IMG/VR virus record: IMGVR_UViG_3300031951_000102
Length of the DNA: 64,000 nt
Direction: 5' to 3' (one strand)
From: an uncultured virus (IMG/VR IMGVR_UViG_3300031951_000102)
Taxonomy: Duplodnaviria > Heunggongvirae > Uroviricota > Caudoviricetes
Shown: in pieces, positions 8,785-17,207 of the stretch
Layout: each line of letters opens with the position of its first letter
Numbering within the stretch: position 1 is the first letter of the stretch
The notes under the pieces: generated by a model
What the model saw: the letters and a program-made list of their open reading frames with translations, nothing else
Databases searched by the model: none
What the model was told of the DNA's origin: nothing
Program-made: the position numbers and the translations under genes

Positions 8785-9564
8785 TTAATAATTTGAAAGT
8801 TTTTCAGTTCCGTTAACGATATCCTCAAAAGATTTCATTTTAAACGAAAGGAATGGTTTAGGGTTTTCTAAATCTACAAATTTGTAAGTATCACTTGTCA
8901 CATCATATATACCATATCCGTGTTTCTTAATGGTTTCTCCATAGTTTTGTTGGATGGTTGAACCAACCATATATGCTTTCTTACCACCAGGAATATTAAA
9001 AACTTGTCTTTTATGAATATCCCCACAAAAAACTAAATCACACCCATCAAATTTATCCGATTCAAATCCTGATTCGAATTTATATCCAATATCTGTAGTT
9101 AATCCTTGTACTGGTCCGTGAAACAATCCAATTTTTACTTTATCGGATTTTTGAATATCGGGTGGTATGTTGTGGTCCATAAGTGAGTAAACAACCCATT
9201 CAATATTTTCATCAGAATAAACACCTCTATTTTTATAATAAACAATGTTATCATTTTGTAGTGAATCAATGATTGGTGTTAAAGCATCTAACCTTGACAT
9301 ATTATTCTCAAGAAAATCATGATTACCAATAATCAAAACAGTTTTAGAGATTTTAGAACATTCGTTTAAAACCCAAGATACCATTTCAATTAATTCAGGT
9401 GTCATTTGGTTTTTTGAGTGTACTAAATCACCTGTGAAAACTATTCTATCAGGTTTGAGTTCAGTAAACTGATTTAACATATCTTGAACAATACTACGAT
9501 AAAGTTCATGGTCTTTAAAAAGACGAATATGTAAATCTGAAAAGTGTACTACTTTATTTATCAT
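8785..9564 (-). CDS. sbcD: SbcD/Mre11/gp47-like metallophosphoesterase nuclease (catalytic domain only)
   Basis: SDLH, TGDLVH, GNHD, FHG, GDIH motifs; likely start ATG 9564 (MINKVVHFSDLH) rather than 9609. Confidence 0.88.
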   Translation of the reverse strand: MINKVVHFSDLHIRLFKDHELYRSIVQDMLNQFTELKPDRIVFTGDLVHSKNQMTPELIEMVSWVLNECSKISKTVLIIGNHDFLENNMSRLDALTPIIDSLQNDNIVYYKNRGVYSDENIEWVVYSLMDHNIPPDIQKSDKVKIGLFHGPVQGLTTDIGYKFESGFESDKFDGCDLVFCGDIHKRQVFNIPGGKKAYMVGSTIQQNYGETIKKHGYGIYDVTSDTYKFVDLENPKPFLSFKMKSFEDIVNGTEKLSNY

Positions 9565-9778
9565 TAGTGAATAAATCAAAATCTTCATCAACATGTCCAC
9601 AATCATCACATCTGTAAGTTGGGAAAGGGACTAATGTATCCTCACTATTTCCTGTTAATAATGCAGGTACTTTCTTAATCAGTACTACCTCTTTAAAGAA
9701 CTTACTACCACATTTACTACAGGTAACGGTAGGTTGTTGCTTTAAATCAATTTTGGGTCTTAAATCTAAACTATCCAT
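9554..9778 (-). CDS. Small zinc-ribbon protein
   Basis: CSKC and CDDC pairs in 74 aa. Confidence 0.75.
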   Translation of the reverse strand: MDSLDLRPKIDLKQQPTVTCSKCGSKFFKEVVLIKKVPALLTGNSEDTLVPFPTYRCDDCGHVDEDFDLFTNDK

Positions 9779-9793
9779 ACTATTTTTTTATTA

Positions 9794-9822
9794 ATTATAA
9801 TACTTTTATTTCGTTAAATCAA
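9794..9822 (-). promoter_or_regulatory. Sigma70-like promoter TTGATT-N17-TATAAT
   Basis: Read directly; upstream of zinc-ribbon/sbcD genes. Confidence 0.6.
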
Positions 9823-10351
9823 CAAGGTCAATTTTGTTAATCAATTTTGGTGAAATCCAATTCTTTTTATAATCCTCAATAACACCTTTTTTAGCATATC
9901 TGTTAACACATGGTTTACCAGTATTATATTTTCCCAACGCTCTCATCCAATTTTTTGTTTTCCTGTAATTACTTGATAGAATTTTCATGGAAATCATGAC
10001 ATTTAACTCTAAAGAATCTCTTAGTTGTTTTTTTGTAACGTTAAACCCCGCATAATGTGATGCGTATTGTGGCATAATCTGCATTGGACCTACCGCACCC
10101 GCTTTAGATGTTTTATTATGAACATATAGTGTATCATGAGGACCTCTATAAGTTGTTTCCATGTAAGCAACATTAAATGCGATATTAATTGGAACCTTAA
10201 AAGAGTCAGCATAAAATGTAATTGCGTCATACATTCTTTCAGCATGTGTCTTTGGTTTCACAGGTTCAGGATTTGGTCTTTCAAGATTAAATGAAGCGTT
10301 AACAACAAGAACTGAGAGAGACGCAATTAATAAAGTGTTGAAAGTTTTCAT
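9806..10351 (-). CDS. Lytic transglycosylase (SLT family) with N-terminal signal/SAR-like segment
   Basis: AYMET catalytic Glu, SKAGAVGPMQIMP, ALGKYNTG. Confidence 0.85.
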   Translation of the reverse strand: MKTFNTLLIASLSVLVVNASFNLERPNPEPVKPKTHAERMYDAITFYADSFKVPINIAFNVAYMETTYRGPHDTLYVHNKTSKAGAVGPMQIMPQYASHYAGFNVTKKQLRDSLELNVMISMKILSSNYRKTKNWMRALGKYNTGKPCVNRYAKKGVIEDYKKNWISPKLINKIDLVDLTK

Positions 10352-10356
10352 AGTTA

Positions 10357-11214
10357 TTATTTTTTTAAAAATTTACAAATATCCATTTCTAATACTGTGG
10401 TTAATGTTTGTTTCGGTATACGAAACTCTTCATAATCACCATCATCTTTCAAAAGTACAACTATTCCACCGTATATCCTAATTTTTTCATATTTGGTTCC
10501 CTCTAACATCTTTAAAATTAACTTTCCGTAAAGTGGAAGTTGAATAAAATAGTGACCCAAAGCATTATTCGGTAAATCAACAAATGGAAACTTCATTTTT
10601 TTGGTAAAATAATTTTCTTCAAAGTTTTTCTTTTTATTTGTTTTCCAGTCTGTTATTATTAAACCAATTTCATCACCTGTTTTATTTGGTATTAACCACA
10701 CTTTATCGGGTTGTCCAGTATAACCTAAATCAGGGTCTCCTAAAACAATTTCGGTATCTAACAATTCAGCACCTCTTTCTATCATTAGTTTTAAGTAATT
10801 TTTTCCCGCAGAAATCATACTATCACCCTTCAGTATTTGAGTAAAGTCACAATCAAAAATTGGTTGTCTAACTGTTTTATAGTTACCAAATAAACCAATA
10901 GTATTTTGTTCTAAAAAGTAGTGTACCCGACTACCCATATTTGTTGAGTATGTTCCAGCAGCTTCCCACTCCTCAATCAGTTGTTGTTTAACTACCGGGT
11001 CTCCTTTTGATTTCTTCTCAGCAATCTCCTCTGTTGGGAATTCATCATAAAATAATTTCATAACTTTTGATACTGATGGGAAATCACTTCTAATTTCACC
11101 GTCTTTATTCTTCATGAAATATTTGTGGTCTTCCTCTATGAAAGTCAAATCAATTTCATTTCTTCTGTTTTCTAAAATTTCTCTGATTTCAACCGCAATA
11201 TTTTTTAAATTCAT
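10357..11214 (-). CDS. PD-(D/E)XK exonuclease
   Basis: GSRVH, GQPD, ITDWKT, QLPLY motifs. Confidence 0.8.
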   Translation of the reverse strand: MNLKNIAVEIREILENRRNEIDLTFIEEDHKYFMKNKDGEIRSDFPSVSKVMKLFYDEFPTEEIAEKKSKGDPVVKQQLIEEWEAAGTYSTNMGSRVHYFLEQNTIGLFGNYKTVRQPIFDCDFTQILKGDSMISAGKNYLKLMIERGAELLDTEIVLGDPDLGYTGQPDKVWLIPNKTGDEIGLIITDWKTNKKKNFEENYFTKKMKFPFVDLPNNALGHYFIQLPLYGKLILKMLEGTKYEKIRIYGGIVVLLKDDGDYEEFRIPKQTLTTVLEMDICKFLKK

Positions 11215-12116
11215 TAATCTTTAATTTCTATGTAAAATTTATCTATTTGTCCTTTTAAGTCACAAACATCTTTGTCTTTTGGTAGTTTTACAATCTTAAT
11301 TCTACCGTACAACGAACCACCATTTAATTCTCTATATAATTTAACTGTATCATTAAATGCATCACCATCAAGAGCAAGAATAATATCACCTTTAGCCTTT
11401 TCATATATTGTTGTAAAAAGTAACTCACTCAAATGTTTACCCAACATTGGTATACTATTATCTAAAAAAAATCCGTCAAAAACCCCTTCAACCAAAAAAA
11501 TATCTTTTTTCCAATCTATCAAGTGTTCATTGAAGATGATTTTATCTTTCTCAGCTTCAGGATTTTTATATTTTGACTTTGTTGTTAGATTCCAACTACG
11601 AGCAATATAATAATTTAGTTCATTTTTCTTATCGTAAGATGGAACAATTATACGTCCCATATGAGAACCTTTATCACAAAAACCAATATTATATTTTTCT
11701 ATGATTGTATCATCAATACCTCTTGTTTTCAAATAATTGTAAGCTTGTAATCTCACTGGATATCTTGGGTGAGAATCTTTAAATAAAGTAAAACTTTCAG
11801 GTAAAACAAGTTTTGGTTTTTCTTTTTTTACTTCCTCATTTTTTTCAGGTGCAAAAACTTTGTAAATTTTTACTTGTTTTTTATTACCATACTTTTCAAC
11901 TAATCGACCTAAAGGACCTCTCATCCCACTAGTATCACCACAACTCCAACATTTAAAAACGTGGTCAAAATAATTTACTTCCAAATTACCTTTATTCCTT
12001 TCCTCATCACAAACGGGACAATTGAACGCTATTTGACCTTTGGATTCATAGTGTTGTTTGTGTTTTCCAAATAACTCTGTGAGTAATTCAACAATTATTT
12101 CTTTTTCGTCAGTCAT
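11214..12116 (-). CDS. dnaG: DNA primase (zinc finger + TOPRIM)
   Basis: CPVC..CWSC, YLKTRGI, RIIVP, KYKNP, VEGVFD, LDGDA. Confidence 0.9.
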   Translation of the reverse strand: MTDEKEIIVELLTELFGKHKQHYESKGQIAFNCPVCDEERNKGNLEVNYFDHVFKCWSCGDTSGMRGPLGRLVEKYGNKKQVKIYKVFAPEKNEEVKKEKPKLVLPESFTLFKDSHPRYPVRLQAYNYLKTRGIDDTIIEKYNIGFCDKGSHMGRIIVPSYDKKNELNYYIARSWNLTTKSKYKNPEAEKDKIIFNEHLIDWKKDIFLVEGVFDGFFLDNSIPMLGKHLSELLFTTIYEKAKGDIILALDGDAFNDTVKLYRELNGGSLYGRIKIVKLPKDKDVCDLKGQIDKFYIEIKD

Positions 12117-12123
12117 AAACTAT

Positions 12124-12152
12124 AAGATAAGTTAAAATAATAAGTTTATCAA
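12124..12152 (-). promoter_or_regulatory. Sigma70-like promoter TTGATA-N17-TATCTT
   Basis: Read directly; upstream of primase in the divergent intergenic region. Confidence 0.5.
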
Positions 12153-12178
12153 CCTTCACAAGTTTTTGCTTGAACTTA

Positions 12179-12185
12179 TATTTAT
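12179..12185 (+). promoter_or_regulatory. TATTTAT motif (putative late promoter) for the plus-strand island
   Basis: Motif switches strand with the genes; 17 nt before ATG 12203. Confidence 0.6.
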
Positions 12186-12202
12186 TGAAATAATATTATA
12201 AA

Positions 12203-12418
12203 ATGCCAACAACTATCACAATAAACGGTATTTCGGGTACAAGTCCGTTTGATATTTATCTTTGCGATAATCCTATAACAACTTGTATTTACATTAACAC
12301 TATTTCTTCAACCCCATATAGTTTTGACGTACCGATTATTTTAGATGGTCAAGACGATTTTAACATAAAAGTCATAGATAATAATGACTGCGAAACAATA
12401 ACAATTTTAACCCCGTAA
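12203..12418 (+). CDS. Small Cys-containing beta-rich protein; stand-alone copy of the N-terminal module of 14579..16489
   Basis: ITINGISGTSPFDIYLCD..C..IKVIDNNDC resembles ITLTNITGLNNPYSIYTCD..C..ILIVTSDGC. Confidence 0.7.
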   Translation: MPTTITINGISGTSPFDIYLCDNPITTCIYINTISSTPYSFDVPIILDGQDDFNIKVIDNNDCETITILTP

Positions 12419-12419
12419 T

Positions 12420-14579
12420 ATGCCTTTAGTTTGTGGAATTAATTATTTTTGTATATCAGGTACTGAAATTACTAATGTAGATGATAACTATGAATTATCA
12501 GGTTATTTTAATGGTGAAGAATATTGGTCAGGAATGACAAATGGGAACTTCATTTATTATGTAACCGGAACTTCTGAATATTGGTGTTTATCATCTTCTT
12601 TAGGTGGTAGTTGTATATTATTTGGGGCTAGTCCATGTATTTCTAATTGTCCTGACTTGTGTAATGTTTATCTTTCAACAGGAAATTGTCCAAGTCCAAC
12701 ACCATCCCCAACAGTTAATTGTGATGTTTTAGATTTTACCGCAATTTTTGATTGTGAAGTTTCTCCAACACCAAGTAACACTCCAACAGAAACTCCAAGC
12801 CCAACATTAACACCAACACCATCGGTAACAAATTATTGTCCATCAATTGGTATTAATGTGAGTATATCTGCATATACTCCAACACCTACATCAACATTAA
12901 CTCCAACACCTTCAATCACTCCAGAAGTAATTTATTATTGTAATTTTTCAGGAGACGTTACATTCACAACCGTTGACTCAGTAATTCTTTGTCCAGGTTC
13001 TAAACAATTTCAAGATTGTAGTAATGGTGTTATGTATTATACAACATCAGTCGTTGAAACTCCGTCAGGTGTGCCGCTTTCAACTTATATGATATTCGAA
13101 GCTATTGTAGATGGTGTTTCAAGATGTCTTTGGTATGTCGGTCAAAATGATAATACTATCGGAGGAAACATAATTGACCTAGTTTCGGGTCCATTAGGAT
13201 ACGCAAATTTAAATGAATGTAATCTTTGTGTACCTCAAATTTCTATGTCACCAACCGCTACACCGACATTAACACCAACACCTTCAGTTACACCACCACC
13301 AACTTCATTACCGTCAACATTATTCTACATATTTAGAAATTGTGCGGTTACCACTGAATATATTGTTCAAACATTACCAAGTATTACAACAATACCTTTA
13401 ACTGTTTTAAAAACAACAACAGGTGATTGTTGGCAATACTTAACTAGTGTTCCAAATTTTGTTGGTTTACCACCTGGGTCTTCATATACGTTCTTTTTAG
13501 GAAATTATTTTACCAGTATTGAATCGTCTATATTTAACACTTGTGGGGATTGTTTCGAAAACATACCTGTAAGTTCATCACCGACACCAACACCAACTAT
13601 TACACCAACTGTGACAACAACATCAACTGTCACTCCAACACCAACGGTAACACCAACTATTACTAAAACTCCGACTCAAACACCAACTGTTACTCCAACA
13701 ATATCGGTAACACCAACAACAACTATTACACCGACTGTTACTAGTACAAATACTCCAACATTATCAGTCACGCCAACTGTGACTTTAACCCCTACAAACA
13801 CACTAACCCCGACACCTTCAGGTTTACCTTGTTTTGATGATTGTTCAACTTTCGTAGCCTTCCGTGGTACAACTACTGGCGGTCTCGGTTTTAACGTACA
13901 ATCATACAAACAATCATCTAATACGTTAACTTTATTTGGTAATTTTCCAAACAGTTATAATGATATTGCGAATTCAACAGATAAATTATGGTTACTTAGA
14001 GCTGATAATGTAACAATTGAGGAATATGACATAAGTCTTTGTCCTCCGTCATTTGTGTTAAATCGAATTATTACTTCACCTGTAACATTAGGTTCTCTTT
14101 TCGCATTTTCTAATACAGTATTATATAGTACAAACCTTGGGGTATCACCGAATAAAATTGTATCTTTAAACATTACGTCAACAACTGCAGTAGTTACTGA
14201 TATTACAACACTACCACCAACTTATTTAGCTAACAAAGATATAATGGTAACAGATACGAGTAATAAAATTATTGTTTTAGTTGGTACACCAAGTCCAAGT
14301 CCATCTCAAAGAGTTTTACAATATAGTTCTACAGGGGTACTTGAATTTGACATTAATATTACTTCAGGAATGCCAGGAAAAACAGTTACGTCAATATTTG
14401 AAGAGTCGTCAAGAATCTATTTAGTAACAAACGATAATTCAGTGTATAGGATTAGTAACACATCTCCTTACGCTTTGTTACCACAACCATCGATGGTTGG
14501 AACCACTGGAGCAAATTTTGGGGCATCTCAAGCCAAATTAAAATTTGCACCATTCTGTATACCTACTAATTTCATATAA
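12420..14579 (+). CDS. Cys-rich, Pro/Thr-repeat fibre/adhesin-like protein with possible C-terminal beta-propeller
   Basis: Several TPTPTP tracts separating Cys-rich modules; beta-rich C-terminal ~240 aa. Confidence 0.7.
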   Translation: MPLVCGINYFCISGTEITNVDDNYELSGYFNGEEYWSGMTNGNFIYYVTGTSEYWCLSSSLGGSCILFGASPCISNCPDLCNVYLSTGNCPSPTPSPTVNCDVLDFTAIFDCEVSPTPSNTPTETPSPTLTPTPSVTNYCPSIGINVSISAYTPTPTSTLTPTPSITPEVIYYCNFSGDVTFTTVDSVILCPGSKQFQDCSNGVMYYTTSVVETPSGVPLSTYMIFEAIVDGVSRCLWYVGQNDNTIGGNIIDLVSGPLGYANLNECNLCVPQISMSPTATPTLTPTPSVTPPPTSLPSTLFYIFRNCAVTTEYIVQTLPSITTIPLTVLKTTTGDCWQYLTSVPNFVGLPPGSSYTFFLGNYFTSIESSIFNTCGDCFENIPVSSSPTPTPTITPTVTTTSTVTPTPTVTPTITKTPTQTPTVTPTISVTPTTTITPTVTSTNTPTLSVTPTVTLTPTNTLTPTPSGLPCFDDCSTFVAFRGTTTGGLGFNVQSYKQSSNTLTLFGNFPNSYNDIANSTDKLWLLRADNVTIEEYDISLCPPSFVLNRIITSPVTLGSLFAFSNTVLYSTNLGVSPNKIVSLNITSTTAVVTDITTLPPTYLANKDIMVTDTSNKIIVLVGTPSPSPSQRVLQYSSTGVLEFDINITSGMPGKTVTSIFEESSRIYLVTNDNSVYRISNTSPYALLPQPSMVGTTGANFGASQAKLKFAPFCIPTNFI
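13570..13820 (+). repeat. Degenerate coding repeat encoding a mucin-like (TPTVTPT)n tract
   Basis: Repeated ACACCAAC-like units; shorter tracts at ~12700-12920 and ~13250-13310. Confidence 0.85.
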
Positions 14580-16489
14580 TGAAAAGTATTACTTTAACAA
14601 ATATAACAGGTTTAAACAATCCGTATTCAATCTACACATGTGATGTTTATGGAAACAACTGTGTTTTGGTTTCAAGTATATTAACATCAGTACCCCCAAG
14701 TATTACAATATTTTTACCACCATCTTTCGATACCTCACCATCGGTTGGTATTTTAATAGTTACTTCAGATGGTTGTGATAGATTCGAAATTTATGATTGT
14801 ACACCTTCTCCGACCCCGACACCACTACCAATTATACCTCCGTATTTTCAAGTGGTTAATATAAATGGAACTAATCCACTTATTATAGAAGCAAGAAGTG
14901 CCGCGGTAAGTAGTTTTGACATTGATTGGGGTGATGGTTCTTCTTATTTAGTTAATTTTACTAATCCCCCATTTCCATTCACATTTGCAGATTATTCTTT
15001 TACACATACATATTCATTGAATACGTTTACCGCAACATGTGAGAATTTTCAACTTTCATCATCTTTGTCAACAGATTATATAAGAGAGATTAAGTTATCT
15101 AACATTTCAGATATTATTGAGAATAGTTATACTTTTAGTGCATTTACTGCGGCGACTGATATTTGGTTATCAGGTACAACTCTAACTGATTTTAGTTCGA
15201 GTTTACCTAACTCACTTGTTGATTTTTATATCTATAATACAAATGCTCCAGGGTCTCAAAATTTCCAATTTAGTCCTACAACTAATTTGGCAACATTACC
15301 AGTCTTTAGAGAACTATTAATTCAGAATACTGATATGTCAGGGTTTACCTACAATTTTTCAGGAAGTAGTTCATTTAGAACTTTAAGGTTAACAAACAAT
15401 AATAGTTTAACTAACTTGAATGTGACGGTACCAACTGGCTCAACATTCCTTGAATTATACATTGTACTTAATACATCATTACCAATACTTAATGTGACCA
15501 ATAATTTATCGGGTTGCACAGGTCTTGAATTAATAAATGTTTTTTCTAATTCCTCATTATCAGGATGGACATATACATTACCAGTATCTGCGGAAATTGC
15601 CAATCTTAATGGTAACAGAATCCGTAATTTTGATATTGATTTATCGGCAAATACGAATTTAACTAATTTAGATTTAAATAGTAATCTCGTTTTAAGTTCA
15701 TTTACAAATACAATATCGGGATGTACATCATTAACAACATTAAGATTAGACAATAACAATTTAACAACATTACCACCTATATTTCCAAATAGTATTCAAA
15801 CATTAAGATTGGATTTGAATGACATAACAGGATATACAAGTAACTTCCCAACAAGTTGTGTGACTTTTAATATGAGTGATAATGGACCTTTACAATATGT
15901 TCCACAATGGACTGTAGATTTAACAGGTGCTACGTCATTACAAACTTTCAGATTAGATAGTGTTAGTTTATCAGGATGGACAACACAATTCCCACCATCA
16001 ATTAAAACAATAAGTTTTAGACAAAATAAGTTAACAAACTTTGATTTTAATTATACTCAAGGAGCAACATCAATAGATTTATTCTTAAACCAATTAACTG
16101 GAACAACAAATCTTTCGGGACATACTTCTCTTGTAACTTTAACTATTAGTAATAATAATTTCATAAATAGTACACAAATAATACAAGGTGACTTCCCATC
16201 AACTTTAAGAACATTTACTTCCGTAGGTAGTTCATTATTAACAGGTTGGACATCAACATTCTCAGCAATGACCAATATATTATCAATCAATTTTGCGAGT
16301 ACCGGTCTTAAAACTGCGGCGGTTGACTTTATATTAGATGACGTAGCAACTATCGCTGTATCCAATACATTGTACAATCGAACATTGAACCTATCTGGTA
16401 CTCAATCCCCAACGGGAGGTTTAACTAATCCTGATTATTTATTACTTACAGGCCCACCATATAACTGGACAGTAACGATAACCCCATAA
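14579..16489 (+). CDS. PKD-like + leucine-rich repeat protein
   Basis: IDWGDGS..FTHTY; repeated LxxLxLxxNxLxxL (LTTLRLDNNNLTTLP). Confidence 0.8.
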   Translation: MKSITLTNITGLNNPYSIYTCDVYGNNCVLVSSILTSVPPSITIFLPPSFDTSPSVGILIVTSDGCDRFEIYDCTPSPTPTPLPIIPPYFQVVNINGTNPLIIEARSAAVSSFDIDWGDGSSYLVNFTNPPFPFTFADYSFTHTYSLNTFTATCENFQLSSSLSTDYIREIKLSNISDIIENSYTFSAFTAATDIWLSGTTLTDFSSSLPNSLVDFYIYNTNAPGSQNFQFSPTTNLATLPVFRELLIQNTDMSGFTYNFSGSSSFRTLRLTNNNSLTNLNVTVPTGSTFLELYIVLNTSLPILNVTNNLSGCTGLELINVFSNSSLSGWTYTLPVSAEIANLNGNRIRNFDIDLSANTNLTNLDLNSNLVLSSFTNTISGCTSLTTLRLDNNNLTTLPPIFPNSIQTLRLDLNDITGYTSNFPTSCVTFNMSDNGPLQYVPQWTVDLTGATSLQTFRLDSVSLSGWTTQFPPSIKTISFRQNKLTNFDFNYTQGATSIDLFLNQLTGTTNLSGHTSLVTLTISNNNFINSTQIIQGDFPSTLRTFTSVGSSLLTGWTSTFSAMTNILSINFASTGLKTAAVDFILDDVATIAVSNTLYNRTLNLSGTQSPTGGLTNPDYLLLTGPPYNWTVTITP

Positions 16490-16494
16490 TATTT

Positions 16495-17097
16495 TTACCA
16501 AATATTTTCTTGATTCATATAACCTAAAACACAAGCGTAAGCATCAGTTTGGTCAAAGTTTTCTTTTTTAAGAGTATTGTTTTTTGTATATTGCCACTGA
16601 ATTTGTGGTTCTTTTTTTGCAACTAAATCCCAAATTATTTGTTTTTTATCACAATCTTTTGAGTAACCACCAAACAATACCATTTTATTCTTATCGTTTT
16701 TTTGAACTAATTCAGGAAAAGCAAACTTTCTTGAGTTATAGGTAGAAATGTAATCAGGAACTATACCCAATACATCATAAATTTGTTTAGTAATTAAAGT
16801 ATTAAACCTTAATAAGGTTTGAATAGTATAAACGTTATTACTATTTAATAGAGGTTCTTCAATGATAACTTTAGTGATACCTAAATCTTTATATTGTACT
16901 AATTTTGTTTTGAAAATTTCACTTTTCAAAATAAGTTCTTTAATTTTATTTTCCTCTTTTGGTTTTGGGACAGGTGAAACATGAGTTAATTCTAATAATT
17001 CTTTTGTTTGTATATCAAATAATGCCCATCCTATTGTGCGAGTTGATACGTCTAATCCCAATACTTTTGGACTTTCTTTTAATCTATTTTTACTCAT
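16495..17097 (-). CDS. ruvC: RuvC-like Holliday junction resolvase
   Basis: LGLDVS, IIEEP, DQTDA acidic catalytic motifs in 200 aa. Confidence 0.8.
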   Translation of the reverse strand: MSKNRLKESPKVLGLDVSTRTIGWALFDIQTKELLELTHVSPVPKPKEENKIKELILKSEIFKTKLVQYKDLGITKVIIEEPLLNSNNVYTIQTLLRFNTLITKQIYDVLGIVPDYISTYNSRKFAFPELVQKNDKNKMVLFGGYSKDCDKKQIIWDLVAKKEPQIQWQYTKNNTLKKENFDQTDAYACVLGYMNQENIW

Positions 17098-17207
17098 TAT
17101 ATAATTTAGTTATCCTTTTATAGGTAACAAGAATACACCTATCGAATATTATTTTATATAAAATTCGTTAAAATGTTAGAATTGTAAAGACATTTAACTT
17201 AAAGAAA

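Noticed and set aside
10357..11214. Cas4
   Set aside because: Lacks the four-Cys Fe-S motif; no cas1/cas2 or array
12117..16494. Invertible segment or DGR target
   Set aside because: No flanking inverted repeats, recombinase, reverse transcriptase or TR/VR pair seen in the window
16495..17097. RuvC protein as a miniature Cas12/TnpB effector
   Set aside because: Only 200 aa, contiguous RuvC motifs, no zinc ribbon or REC region, no array or transposon ends nearby
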